Positions 8,719-18,558 of a stretch of DNA of 33,341 bases are shown piece by piece. The stretch covers positions 1 through 33,341 of IMG/VR virus record IMGVR_UViG_3300022915_000005. The stretch is one strand, 5' to 3'. Position 1 is the first letter of the stretch. Each line of letters opens with the position of its first letter. A program made the translations under genes and the position numbers. The notes below the pieces were generated by a model. It was given only the letters and a program-made list of their open reading frames with translations, did no database searches and was not told the origin of the DNA. The stretch comes from a virus. Lineage: Duplodnaviria; Caudoviricetes.

Positions 8719-8726
8719 AAGGCGAA

Positions 8727-8825
8727 TTGAATGAGGTTCTTGAGGTTCTCGGCGCGTTCGGTCTTGTCGGCCTTGTCGCCGTCTTAGTTCGCGAGTTTCT
8801 CAGAACACGAAAGGCGCGCAAATGA
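8727..8825 (+). CDS. 32-aa single-TM peptide, not in the ORF track
   Basis: TTG start; MNEVLEVLGAFGLVGLVAVLVREFLRTRKARK; ATGA-coupled to the next gene. Confidence 0.5.
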   Translation: MNEVLEVLGAFGLVGLVAVLVREFLRTRKARK

Positions 8826-8980
8826 TTACGTTAGTTTCGGTTCTTTTAATGATCGTCGGCGCGGTCGTCTATTTGATAGCAGCAAACGCTAAGGTCGCCG
8901 AACTCGGTCGCGTGATGTTCGCCGCCGGCGCGTTCGCCCTGGCGTTCTCGATTAGCGGTTATTCAGTCGGCATAAAGTAA
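8822..8980 (+). CDS. 52-aa two-TM membrane protein, holin candidate, not in the ORF track
   Basis: MITLVSVLLMIVGAVVYLIAANAKVAELGRVMFAAGAFALAFSISGYSVGIK. Confidence 0.6.
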   Translation: MITLVSVLLMIVGAVVYLIAANAKVAELGRVMFAAGAFALAFSISGYSVGIK

Positions 8981-8988
8981 AGGGCGCG

Positions 8989-9393
8989 ATGAAAATATTC
9001 TACACGTCAGGCAAAGAAAAACTATTAAACGAGACGATCAAGCTATCGACCGGCGACATGCGTTTAATGCCGATCGACAAGACGCTATATAGCGCCCTCG
9101 CGACTCACACGGCCTTGACCGACGTGCCGGCCGGCGCGCGTGTTGCGGCCGGCGTGACCTTGACCGGTCGAACGTTTACGGCGGGTTCGTTTGACTCGGC
9201 CGACGTGCCGTTTCCAGTCGTCGCGACCGGCAAGACCGTCTCGGCGTATATCTGCTATTTGCAAGGAACGGGCGACGCCGATTCATGGTTGCTTAGTTAT
9301 ACCGATGAGCAACCCGACGGGTCGCCGATTTCATTTGTCGGGAACGGGTCAGCGATGCAGGCGCAAACGCCGCAAGGCATCATTTCGATATAA
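8989..9393 (+). CDS. Hypothetical protein, probably virion structural (beta-rich)
   Basis: In the late operon; composition similar to phage fibre-associated proteins. Confidence 0.65.
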   Translation: MKIFYTSGKEKLLNETIKLSTGDMRLMPIDKTLYSALATHTALTDVPAGARVAAGVTLTGRTFTAGSFDSADVPFPVVATGKTVSAYICYLQGTGDADSWLLSYTDEQPDGSPISFVGNGSAMQAQTPQGIISI

Positions 9394-9403
9394 GGCGGGA
9401 ACA

Positions 9404-9760
9404 ATGGCGACTTATGCGGCAATTTATGATCGGTCAGTAAATGGTCAGATCAAGGCGCAGATCGCCGTCGCGATCTCGACCGAGGCCAAATACAAGATTC
9501 AGAACTCGGCCGACCCGAACGAAAAGGCATGGGCGACATGGGTCATACCTCGCGCATATGCCGAGGCCGGTAACTGGCAAATGGTGATTTGTACCGACCC
9601 CGCGATCGCCGATGCTCAAGAGGTTCGCGATGAGGACGTTCAGGCGGCCGTAACTGCGATCGTTCCGACAATGGTCGCGAGTTACATGTCGAGTTTGCCG
9701 GCGACGGCAATGATCGAGCAAATGCAAAAGGCATTAAATGAGGTTCGCGGCATCGCGTGA
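9404..9760 (+). CDS. Hypothetical protein
   Basis: ATG at 9404 follows the previous stop with AAGG upstream; the longer track ORF from 9191 overlaps 8989-9393. Confidence 0.7.
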   Translation: MATYAAIYDRSVNGQIKAQIAVAISTEAKYKIQNSADPNEKAWATWVIPRAYAEAGNWQMVICTDPAIADAQEVRDEDVQAAVTAIVPTMVASYMSSLPATAMIEQMQKALNEVRGIA

Positions 9761-9773
9761 AAGGTGACGGCAC

Positions 9774-10163
9774 ATGGTAGGTATCGGCAAAACCTGGCGG
9801 TTCACATTACGAAACGGCCTCGGCGTCGACCTGGCGGCGGCCGGCGTCGTGATTGCCGGCCGATTTATCAGGTTCGACCCGAACGGTCAGCAGGAATTTT
9901 CGACTGATTCTGTGATCGTCACGTCAAACGCCGTGGTCAATGGCGCATACGGCAACGGCGCCGAACAGGATAACGCGACGACGAAATGGTTAGGCGGCGA
10001 TTTTGTGGCGACCCTCATCGCGCCGTCAGGCGCAAACGGCCGAGTCGACGTTTTTTTCGAGCGCAAGGTCAATGGTCAATGGCCGACGGCCGGCATGGGT
10101 CGCATGATCACCTCGATCGATGTCGCGGCGACTGGCACATATAACAAGGATTTCTCAATCTAA
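9774..10163 (+). CDS. Hypothetical protein, probably virion structural
   Basis: AAGGT RBS; beta-strand-like pattern; late operon context. Confidence 0.7.
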   Translation: MVGIGKTWRFTLRNGLGVDLAAAGVVIAGRFIRFDPNGQQEFSTDSVIVTSNAVVNGAYGNGAEQDNATTKWLGGDFVATLIAPSGANGRVDVFFERKVNGQWPTAGMGRMITSIDVAATGTYNKDFSI

Positions 10164-10176
10164 CGGTTTCGAATGA

Positions 10177-12420
10177 ATGGCGCGACACGTAACAGGTACG
10201 ACCGGCCAGTTTCTTAACGCTAATACCGGCGGCGCCCTCGCCTATCCCTTCAGCTATTCCCTTAGAGTTAAATATCCATTAACGACCGGCGGCGTTTCTC
10301 TGGCGTATGGCGAGGCATATGCCGCATGGGACGCCGAATATTTAACATCAGCCGCAAGTACTCAAAACGCCGGTTACGGCAAAAACGCGACTTTCGGGTC
10401 GGCCGTATATACTCATTCGGGCGCTATTCCGGCCGGTTGGCATCTTGTGGTCGCGGTTTATGCCTCGGCGACCGATCGTCGGGTTTATCTCGACAATAGT
10501 CTACAAACGGGCGTTGATAATTCGGCGGCGCCTTTCATCGGGCACACAAGCAAAAATTTCACATTAGGCGGCGTTTTGGTTAGCGCCGGCGGATTACACA
10601 CACCGGCGGGTTTTGACGGTGATATTGCCGACGCCGCACTCTGGAATACTGCATTGACGGCGGCCGATGTCGACGCCCTCGCCGCCTCGCGACCTGGCGC
10701 GATCAAGGCCGCGAACCTTGTCGCATGGTGGAAACTTGGCGAGGACGGCGACCTCGCGTCGAGTGTCGGCACGTATCCTCCAATGAGTGTCATTGGCGCG
10801 GTTCCGATCGCCGATGACCCGCCGTACGGCGTAGAAACGCCGCCAGGTAAACTTTTATATGTTCCCGATCATTTCGGCGACGACCTCGAACTCGACGTTA
10901 ATCATCCGATCTTACGCGATTGTGGCGGGTTCTTTCCTTTGCGAGGTGATCGGCCGTTTTGGAACCCGTTACGCCCTGACGTTCCGTTAGTGCGGCGCAC
11001 AGATTACGGGAACACGACGGTTCCGACGACGGCCGGCGATCGCAATTCGACACGGTTCAGGGCGGCGCCGAAACTCTCGATCGACGCAAACAAGCAACCG
11101 GCGATCATTGTCAGCTATCCCTGGTCGGTCACGTTGGGCGCATGGGTGAAACTGAACTCGGCGGCCGGCGCCGGTTACGGCGGCGGTTATCACGGCATTA
11201 TCGGCGGCGATGTCACGATTTTTAATGACCCGCAACCCGCAAGCGCGCCGCGTCTGACGATTGCGACGAACGGCACTGTTCTAGTTCACTCGACCGAAAG
11301 TTTTACAAAGGTATTTGGATCGGCGCCTAACATGGTTCTGGTCGGCGAGTGGGTTCATGTCGTCGCGTGTTTTGAGAGCATCTATCACGGCGTGCGGTAT
11401 CCGAACGCGTATATATGGGTGAATGGGCGCCTTGTAGCGTCGTTACTAAATAGTGCCGCCCTCGGCGTGAATGAGTTGCATGACAATAACTGTCCAATAA
11501 GCATTGGTAGCGTTTCGTGGTACACGAACTATCCTGCGGCCGAGGCGATCGCAAACGCCGACATTAAAGATGCTTTCTATTATCGCCGAAAATTAGATGA
11601 CGCCGAGGTTCGGTTCTTGTATGAGCAAGGCGACGATCTTTATATCAGTCGAACGCCTCGCGTGTATTTTCATCCGGCCGTCATCGAAAGGCACTCGATC
11701 GCCTCGGTTCCTGGCGCGCCTCTGGTCAAGGGCATCGGCACGGTCGGCGCCGGTCTCGGCACGCCGGTCGCCTTTTCGAAGGTCGCAGGCGCGGCAACGG
11801 TCAAGGGCATCGCGACGGCCGCGACCGGCACGGTTTCGACGGCGTTCTCGCGAGTGTCAGGCGCGGCGACGGTTTACGGTCTCGATCAAACGGCGACGGG
11901 CGCCGGCACGGGCCCGTTCGCCAGGGTCTCAGCGACGGCACTGGTTCGAGGCATCGGCCAGGTCGCGACGGGCGTCGGGTCGGTCGCAATTGCCAGGGTC
12001 GCCGGCCTCGAATTTGTCGGCGGCATCGGCGCAAATAAACTTGTTCAAGGTTTCCACTCGTCATTAGGGTCGATTCTTTATCCCGCCGTCCTCGATCGCG
12101 AGAAGCAAATTCTATTCGGCAAGGGCGCGACCGCGACGTTCTACTCGATGAGTCGTGCCGGCGAAACGGAACTCATCACGTTAAAAACCGGATGGTCGGC
12201 AAGGCGAGTGCCGACGATCGAGAGCGGCGCCGATGAGCAATGGCGCGTCGAGGTCACATCGATGGACGTGACATGGGCAATGGTTCAGACGATCGCGACG
12301 GTCGAGATATTCGCCGCGACGACTCAGGAAACGCAAAAATACAGGGTTTTGCAGGTCGAAAATGCAATGAAGCCAGGTCACGTTTACCTTTTGCGATGTG
12401 AGGCGATCGAGCAGAAATGA
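10177..12420 (+). CDS. LamG/concanavalin-A domain virion protein with a repeat stalk and a putative C-terminal head-closure domain
   Basis: Two LamG-like units (GWHLVVAVY...FDGDIADAALWNTALTAADV; VTLGAWVK...EWVHVVACF...YYRRKLDDAEVRFLY); five ~24-aa repeats; C-terminal YRVLQVE...HVYLLRCE. Confidence 0.75.
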   Translation: MARHVTGTTGQFLNANTGGALAYPFSYSLRVKYPLTTGGVSLAYGEAYAAWDAEYLTSAASTQNAGYGKNATFGSAVYTHSGAIPAGWHLVVAVYASATDRRVYLDNSLQTGVDNSAAPFIGHTSKNFTLGGVLVSAGGLHTPAGFDGDIADAALWNTALTAADVDALAASRPGAIKAANLVAWWKLGEDGDLASSVGTYPPMSVIGAVPIADDPPYGVETPPGKLLYVPDHFGDDLELDVNHPILRDCGGFFPLRGDRPFWNPLRPDVPLVRRTDYGNTTVPTTAGDRNSTRFRAAPKLSIDANKQPAIIVSYPWSVTLGAWVKLNSAAGAGYGGGYHGIIGGDVTIFNDPQPASAPRLTIATNGTVLVHSTESFTKVFGSAPNMVLVGEWVHVVACFESIYHGVRYPNAYIWVNGRLVASLLNSAALGVNELHDNNCPISIGSVSWYTNYPAAEAIANADIKDAFYYRRKLDDAEVRFLYEQGDDLYISRTPRVYFHPAVIERHSIASVPGAPLVKGIGTVGAGLGTPVAFSKVAGAATVKGIATAATGTVSTAFSRVSGAATVYGLDQTATGAGTGPFARVSATALVRGIGQVATGVGSVAIARVAGLEFVGGIGANKLVQGFHSSLGSILYPAVLDREKQILFGKGATATFYSMSRAGETELITLKTGWSARRVPTIESGADEQWRVEVTSMDVTWAMVQTIATVEIFAATTQETQKYRVLQVENAMKPGHVYLLRCEAIEQK

Positions 12421-12950
12421 ACAGGCTACCGAATATCGTCGGCGATCTGATTCCAGGGTTCACGAACATCGACACGCCGTTTCGGCGTTTCGTCGACTCG
12501 GCGAGTCTGGTCGTCGTCGACAAGATAGAAGTAAAGATGGAACCGATCGAGGCCGGCCAGGTCGTCGCCTTGGTTCGGCACATCGCGCGCGACATTCAGG
12601 CGCAGATTATCAGGTCATTTCGCGACCCTAAGACCGGCCGCGTTTATCCAGACGGCAAAGGCGGCACGTATCGCGCCTCGGCGCCAGGCGAACCGCCGGC
12701 GATCAAGTCGGGCGACCTACTCAATGCAACCTGGCGCGGTCTGACGTTTCCGCTATTACTGACGGCCGAACTTACGATCGATACAGGTTACGAAACGTTT
12801 CTCGAACTCGGCACGACGGTCAGGCGCAAAATGGCGCCGAGGCCGTTCGCGATTCCGGCGATCAATGAAATTCTCTCGAAATTAGTTCAGTCAGACGTAA
12901 TTTCGAGTTTTGAAAGGGTGACGCCGGCCGACCTGGCGTCAGGAACATGA
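12417..12950 (+). CDS. HK97 gp10-like tail completion protein
   Basis: ASAPGEPPAIKSGDL and FLELGT...MAPRPF motifs. Confidence 0.85.
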   Translation: MNRLPNIVGDLIPGFTNIDTPFRRFVDSASLVVVDKIEVKMEPIEAGQVVALVRHIARDIQAQIIRSFRDPKTGRVYPDGKGGTYRASAPGEPPAIKSGDLLNATWRGLTFPLLLTAELTIDTGYETFLELGTTVRRKMAPRPFAIPAINEILSKLVQSDVISSFERVTPADLASGT

Positions 12951-13405
12951 CGACGCCCGATCGCGACATTCGCATGGCACTTGCGGCCGAGATCGAAATC
13001 GCGGCGCCTCTGGCGATCGTCTGGCCTCGATGGGTTCTCGGCATCGACCCCGCCGATTGGCCGGCCGTCATGCGATCGGCAAACGATCAAGGGCGGGTTC
13101 ATGGCTATTCGATGTCGAGGCGGTCGTCATCGAGTGTCGGCGAAATGAGCGCGCACGTCTCGACCGAATCGCGTTATGTGATCGTCGGCGTTCACTATTT
13201 CGACGCCGGCAACGATTCGACTAATTCAGAGGACTTGTTCAAGGCCGAGATAGACGCGATTCGAAATCAACTCGCGATGCACTCGACCGACTCGATCGCG
13301 GTTTCAAATCACACCGAACTACAGGTCGTCGTCGAGGGCATTCAACAGTCAGGCGCCGAATTAATTCATTGGACATGGCTCGAACTAACGGTTTTATCTT
13401 GTTAA
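12947..13405 (+). CDS. Putative tail terminator protein
   Basis: ~150 aa, between the gp10-like gene and the tail tube gene. Confidence 0.6.
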   Translation: MTTPDRDIRMALAAEIEIAAPLAIVWPRWVLGIDPADWPAVMRSANDQGRVHGYSMSRRSSSSVGEMSAHVSTESRYVIVGVHYFDAGNDSTNSEDLFKAEIDAIRNQLAMHSTDSIAVSNHTELQVVVEGIQQSGAELIHWTWLELTVLSC

Positions 13406-13423
13406 TCGATCGGAGAAAAGAAC

Positions 13424-14497
13424 ATGGCGTATAGAACACGAAATACAAAACTATGGGCGTCGCATTTGCCAGAGAACCCGTATAACACGGCGCCGGCAAC
13501 GGGCGCCGATTTCGACGCCCTTGTGTCGAATAATCCGTTTTACCTTTTGCCGACGATCGACAAGACATCCGACGCCGGCCAAATAGGAACAGGTTCACAT
13601 TTCGCGACTCATCTTTGTAACGACTACTGGTCGCAACCTGGCGTCGACCTTTCGACGCAGATCGCGTTATTCGAAATCTACGGTCGCATCTGGTTACGGG
13701 CGTTTGGCGGCACTGTCGTCGATACGGTCGGGTCAGGCGGCGGTCATTTGCACTCGGCAAAGATGCAATCAGAGGCCGACGGGTCGCAATTGCCAGGAAC
13801 CAGCATGATCGTCGAGAACGGAACCGAAAAGGTTCTCGAAACCGGCATGGTCGTTGGTCAGGCGACCCTTTCAAAAACAAGGCGCGACCGGCCGACCCTT
13901 AGCTATTCGCTAGTAGGAACGGCGAACCATGTAAACCCGCATACTCTGACGGGGTTGCCGGCGTATACCTCCGGCGCGCAATGTCCGAAGTCGGGTATCA
14001 CGGTTCAGTATACCGATGAGGCCGCGACCGTCGTCGACCTCGGCGAACAAGGGTGTGATTTCGTCGACCTGGCGGTTTCGCTAAATAATCAATTGCTCAT
14101 CGGCGATCGCTGTCCTTCCGACCCTGAACTAACGATGCCGATCGCGCCGCCTAATGGGACGGCGAACGTCGTGACAAGGGTTCAAAGGCAAGAACAAAGT
14201 TTAGACATCGGTTTTACGTTTTTGCTTGCGGCCGAAAACCCCGAATACGACCGGTATTTAATGAATACGCCTTTGACGAATCTCAAGATCGGCGTTAAGG
14301 GCGGCAAGGTCGCGGCCGGAACTGACGTGTTTGAAATCGGCGTCGTCGTGCCGAAGTTTTACTTTCGCGCCGTTCAGGCGACCGACAATGAAGGCAACGC
14401 GAGTTACGGCATCGCGGTCGAGGTCATCGTTCAGAGTGTGCCGGCCGATATGCCGGTCGGTTACGTGAGGAACGATGTCGCCTCAAATTTCAAATGA
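13424..14497 (+). CDS. Major tail (tube) protein
   Basis: GGAG RBS; beta-rich; synteny before chaperones and tape measure. Confidence 0.75.
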   Translation: MAYRTRNTKLWASHLPENPYNTAPATGADFDALVSNNPFYLLPTIDKTSDAGQIGTGSHFATHLCNDYWSQPGVDLSTQIALFEIYGRIWLRAFGGTVVDTVGSGGGHLHSAKMQSEADGSQLPGTSMIVENGTEKVLETGMVVGQATLSKTRRDRPTLSYSLVGTANHVNPHTLTGLPAYTSGAQCPKSGITVQYTDEAATVVDLGEQGCDFVDLAVSLNNQLLIGDRCPSDPELTMPIAPPNGTANVVTRVQRQEQSLDIGFTFLLAAENPEYDRYLMNTPLTNLKIGVKGGKVAAGTDVFEIGVVVPKFYFRAVQATDNEGNASYGIAVEVIVQSVPADMPVGYVRNDVASNFK

Positions 14498-14513
14498 AAG
14501 GTAACGAATAGTT

Positions 14514-15257
14514 TTGTATCCACTAGACGAAAGAACGATCGAGGTCGAACTCACGGCCGAGGGTCATCATGTGCGGCATCGGTTCGACCGGCCGACTAAG
14601 ACTCAGTTAATCGAGCGCGAATCTCGCGTTAAGAATGAAGAAATCACGATCGACGATTCGCAGGTCGAGAACGTTTACGATGACGACAACGCGAACGCGC
14701 GCCTTTATGACGCCTGTATTCGTGATGTGGCAGGTTATGACCTCGGCGACGGTTCAATCGACTGGCGGCCGGTCAATGACGAATTAAAGGCACTTATACC
14801 AAGTGAACACAAGATCAAGGCCGTCGCGGCAATGTACTTGTGCCAGGGTCGAGTCGAAAAGGCCGCGACGAACGGTCACGTCGAAGGGTTCAGGCTATTG
14901 GGCGCGACCGAAACGCGGGTCGTCTTGAGTCTCGGCGATCGGAACGCGCCGGCCTTTGAGATAACGCATGTTTTACGCCGGCCGAATGAGGCCGAATGGA
15001 CGGCATACCGGCGAGGCATTCAAAGAACGATTCAGGTCAGAGGCGCGATGACGCCGAGGTTCAAAACCTCGACAAACCTCGGCGCCGCGACGGCGTTCTA
15101 TGATGCCTTAGTGACCGGCATCGAGGGCGCGACCTTGAACGGCGAACCCTATTCGGCCGCGAACCGTGAGGCGTTCTTGCAGGCGATCGACCCGATACAC
15201 AAGCGAGTTATAACGCGCGCCTTTGCAGAACATTGGGCGGCCGATTTATCGGACTGA
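14514..15257 (+). CDS. Tail assembly chaperone (gpG-like), internally duplicated
   Basis: Between tail tube and tape measure; two similar halves. Confidence 0.6.
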   Translation: MYPLDERTIEVELTAEGHHVRHRFDRPTKTQLIERESRVKNEEITIDDSQVENVYDDDNANARLYDACIRDVAGYDLGDGSIDWRPVNDELKALIPSEHKIKAVAAMYLCQGRVEKAATNGHVEGFRLLGATETRVVLSLGDRNAPAFEITHVLRRPNEAEWTAYRRGIQRTIQVRGAMTPRFKTSTNLGAATAFYDALVTGIEGATLNGEPYSAANREAFLQAIDPIHKRVITRAFAEHWAADLSD

Positions 15258-15565
15258 CTAGCGCCCTTTTTAATGCCTTTGTTAAAGAGGGCGAACGCGA
15301 CGAAAAGAACCCTCGCGATGATGATGACGACTTTCCTTTCGAACTCGGAATGCTCATGTCACGCGCGATCGACCTCGACGAACTACATCAGGTCGGCGCC
15401 TCTTTTGATTATCCTGGCGCCTTGAGTCTTGAGGAATGGGTCGCACTAAGGGAATTACAAAGGGCGCGACGAAAGATCGAGGCCGATGAGGCGCAGAAAC
15501 AGAAAGACGATGCCGAAATGCGCGAACGTGAGCAACGACTTAAAAAGATGACCGGCCGGCAATAA
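15233..15565 (+). CDS. Tail assembly chaperone second ORF (gpT-like), possibly reached by -1 frameshift
   Basis: Overlaps the upstream gene in the -1 frame; no clear RBS; ends 2 bp before the tape measure gene. Confidence 0.55.
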   Translation: MGGRFIGLTSALFNAFVKEGERDEKNPRDDDDDFPFELGMLMSRAIDLDELHQVGASFDYPGALSLEEWVALRELQRARRKIEADEAQKQKDDAEMREREQRLKKMTGRQ

Positions 15566-15567
15566 TC

Positions 15568-18558
15568 ATGGCGATCGTAATTAAAATTAGCGCCGACACT
15601 CGCGAGTTTGAGAAGGATATTAAAGAGGCCGCCTCGCGTTCGGCGCAAGCGATCGAGCAAACGACCGGCAAGGCCGTCAATGCGGCGCAGTCAGCGATAA
15701 ATAATATCAGCGGCGCCGGCGGCGGGTTTAGCGGCGCGACGGGTCGAGGCGTTAGTGTGACGGGCGCCTTATCAGGCGCCGGCCTTAACATTCCGGCGTT
15801 GCCGAACCCTGCGGCGATCGAGCGGGTTAATGCCTTATTCGGCGAGGCAAACAAAGAAATGGCCTCGGCGCAAGGCGCCCTTTCGGCACTCACGGCCGAA
15901 TCTGCGGCGGCCGAGGCCGGCATCGGTTCGTTAGGCGGCGCCCTCGGCGCCCTGGCCTCGCCGGTCGGCCTTGTGGCCGTCGGCGTCGCGGCACTCGCGG
16001 CCGCCTCGATCGCGGCATCTAAGGCGATCTTTGACATGGCGAAGGAGGGTTCAGCGGCCGCGACTGAACTAGTCGAAATGGCGCGCGCCGGCGATACGTC
16101 ACTCGAAGCGGTTCAAGGTTTGAGCGTAGGAACGCGCGACCTGACTGACGAACTAATCGGCCTCGGCGGCGTCTTATCGGATGACGTTATCAAAGGCGCC
16201 GATGAGGCATTCGATTCGTTTGTCGTACTCGACGCGCAATGGAAAGCGATCAAGATCACAGTCGCCGATCAGTTAAAACCCTCGGTCGATCAATTAGGCG
16301 GCGCCCTTCAGGCATTGTCACGCGAAACGATGCCGGCCTTGAGTATTGCAACGGCCGGCGTTGGTTTCGAAATGCGAAACATCGCGCGCGATATAGCGAA
16401 CGTTGCACGCCTGGCGAGTGCCGTTAATCAGCTATTCACGGCCGAAGGTCTCAGAACGTTTATATTCGGCGGCGCGCCTGGCGCCCTCGACTTAAGCGGA
16501 ATCGGCATTCCTGAACCGCCGAATCAGGGCATACCGACCCGCCAAAATTTCGGCACGGGCGAATTGTGGACAGTCGACGAGAACGGAAAGTTAGTGCCGA
16601 ATTGGATTTTACCAGGCGAAACACAATTCAATTTGACCGGCAAGGGCGTCAGGCAACCTAGAACGCCGAGGGCGCGTAAACCTCGAAAGGTGAAAGAGGT
16701 TATTCCGCCTGACGTTCAGGGTCGCCTTGACGAACAAGGGTTCTTTTTCGATCAGATATTCGGCAAGGATCAATTCGAATTATCGGCACTTATCGAAAAG
16801 ACCGACACTCAGATAAAGAAACTAAACGCGCAACTAAAGGTTCTCGCCGATGAGGGTTTAAGCAATTCGGCAAAGGCGTCAGAGTTATTAAATCAGAAAC
16901 TTACTAAAGAGAACGAACTAGTCGACGCCCTTGATAATCGTTATAAGCTGCTAGTCGACACGAAATCAAAACTTGCCGACCTCGATCGAGGTCTTGCCGG
17001 CGCCGGCCTCGGCGCCCAATTAGTCGTGCCAGGTTTACCGCAAGGTACGACGGGCATCTTGCCGAGTCTTAGCGAGGCCGACCGCCAGGCGCAAACGGCG
17101 TTAGGCGCATCTAAACCGATCTTTGACAAACTGGCAGCGAACGCTAAAGAGGCAATGCAAGCGACTGCGGCCGAGGCGTTAAGGTTCAAACAGTCGATCG
17201 TTTTTACGTTCGAGGATGCATTCAGGGAAGGTTATACGCGAGGCGTTAAACCGTTCTTTGATTCGGTCATTTCAGGGTTCAGAAATTTACTAACGCAAAT
17301 ACTGGCCGAGGCGTCGGCCGGTCTTGTCGGCGTCTTGCTATTTGGCAAGGGCGGCGCCGGCACGACTCAGGGCGGCGCCTTATCTGGCCTCGGCGCGTTC
17401 TTGAGCGGCGGCGGCGGCGGGTTCGGTTCGGGCGGTTCGAGTGCTACATCAGGCGGCGGCGGGTTTGGCGGCGCGATCGGAAACATATTCGGCGGCGGCG
17501 GCACTGGCGGCGGCGGCGGAATCTTAGGGTCGATCTTTGGCGGCGGCGGCGGTTCCTCGATCGGCGTTCCGTCATCGGCCGCGAGGTCATCGATTCGACT
17601 CGGCGCCGGCGGCGGCGGGTTTCCAGTCTTGACTGGCGGCGTCTTTTCGGCCGGTTCGGGTTCAGTTTTTGCCGGCATAGGCGGCCTCGGAACCCTTCTC
17701 GGCGGCACGGCGATCGGCGCCTTGTTGGGCACTGGCCTCGGCGGCAAGTCGATCGGCGGCCGTATCCTCGGCGGCGTCGGCGGCGGAATCGCCGCGTTAG
17801 GCGTCGGTATCGGCGCGACCGTCGGCCTTGCCGGCGGGTCACTGCTTGCCGGCGCCCTGGCGGCGACCGGTTTCGGCCTTTTGGCGGCGCCCTTTATTGT
17901 CGGCGCGATCTTACTCGGCAAGGCAAAGCAACGAAAGATCGATGAAGCAAACGCCGACGCGATATGGGTCGCCGAACGCGAACAGGTTCGTGAGTTAATC
18001 TCGGCCGTTAATGCCGATCGCATTGACGGCGGGTCAGCATTGGCCGAGGCGTCGGCCTTGAGGGCGCAAACCGTTGCAGGTCTTTCGCAGATCAAGACTA
18101 AATCCGTTCGTGAGTCGCGCCTTACTAATCAATTGCGCGACCTCGACAATACTGTCATAAGCGAACTGAGGGCGGCCGTCGCGCGCCAGGCGACAAGGCG
18201 CAATAATGCCGGTTTCATCTTGCCGGAATTTGCATCGGGCGGGTTCGTTCCTGGCATCGATCAAGGCCGCGATTCGGTCTTAGTGCGCGCGACGCCTGGC
18301 GAGTTAATTCTAAACAAGAATCAGCAAAGAATAATTCAGTCGCGCGCCGGTCGTGACGTATTTGCCGACGCCGGCGTTCCTTTGAAACCTGGCGGTTCGA
18401 GGTTCCAGGGCGGCGGGTTCGTCTCGCCAGGCGAGGCAACGATCGTTCTTGACCTTCGAGTCGATGAGGGCATCGTCGTCGGCAAGATCGAAGGGTCAGC
18501 GGGTCAAAAGGTGATCGTAAACACGATCAAACGCGCTAGAAAGAACGGCGAACTATGA
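15568..18558 (+). CDS. Tape measure protein
   Basis: 996 aa, Ala/Gly-rich; IVIKISADTREF start; C-terminal FASGGFVPG...DSVLVRATPGELILN. Confidence 0.92.
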   Translation: MAIVIKISADTREFEKDIKEAASRSAQAIEQTTGKAVNAAQSAINNISGAGGGFSGATGRGVSVTGALSGAGLNIPALPNPAAIERVNALFGEANKEMASAQGALSALTAESAAAEAGIGSLGGALGALASPVGLVAVGVAALAAASIAASKAIFDMAKEGSAAATELVEMARAGDTSLEAVQGLSVGTRDLTDELIGLGGVLSDDVIKGADEAFDSFVVLDAQWKAIKITVADQLKPSVDQLGGALQALSRETMPALSIATAGVGFEMRNIARDIANVARLASAVNQLFTAEGLRTFIFGGAPGALDLSGIGIPEPPNQGIPTRQNFGTGELWTVDENGKLVPNWILPGETQFNLTGKGVRQPRTPRARKPRKVKEVIPPDVQGRLDEQGFFFDQIFGKDQFELSALIEKTDTQIKKLNAQLKVLADEGLSNSAKASELLNQKLTKENELVDALDNRYKLLVDTKSKLADLDRGLAGAGLGAQLVVPGLPQGTTGILPSLSEADRQAQTALGASKPIFDKLAANAKEAMQATAAEALRFKQSIVFTFEDAFREGYTRGVKPFFDSVISGFRNLLTQILAEASAGLVGVLLFGKGGAGTTQGGALSGLGAFLSGGGGGFGSGGSSATSGGGGFGGAIGNIFGGGGTGGGGGILGSIFGGGGGSSIGVPSSAARSSIRLGAGGGGFPVLTGGVFSAGSGSVFAGIGGLGTLLGGTAIGALLGTGLGGKSIGGRILGGVGGGIAALGVGIGATVGLAGGSLLAGALAATGFGLLAAPFIVGAILLGKAKQRKIDEANADAIWVAEREQVRELISAVNADRIDGGSALAEASALRAQTVAGLSQIKTKSVRESRLTNQLRDLDNTVISELRAAVARQATRRNNAGFILPEFASGGFVPGIDQGRDSVLVRATPGELILNKNQQRIIQSRAGRDVFADAGVPLKPGGSRFQGGGFVSPGEATIVLDLRVDEGIVVGKIEGSAGQKVIVNTIKRARKNGEL

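Noticed and set aside
17367-18095. Pro-rich reverse-strand ORF (242 aa)
   Set aside because: Antisense shadow of the GGC-rich glycine tract in the tape measure gene
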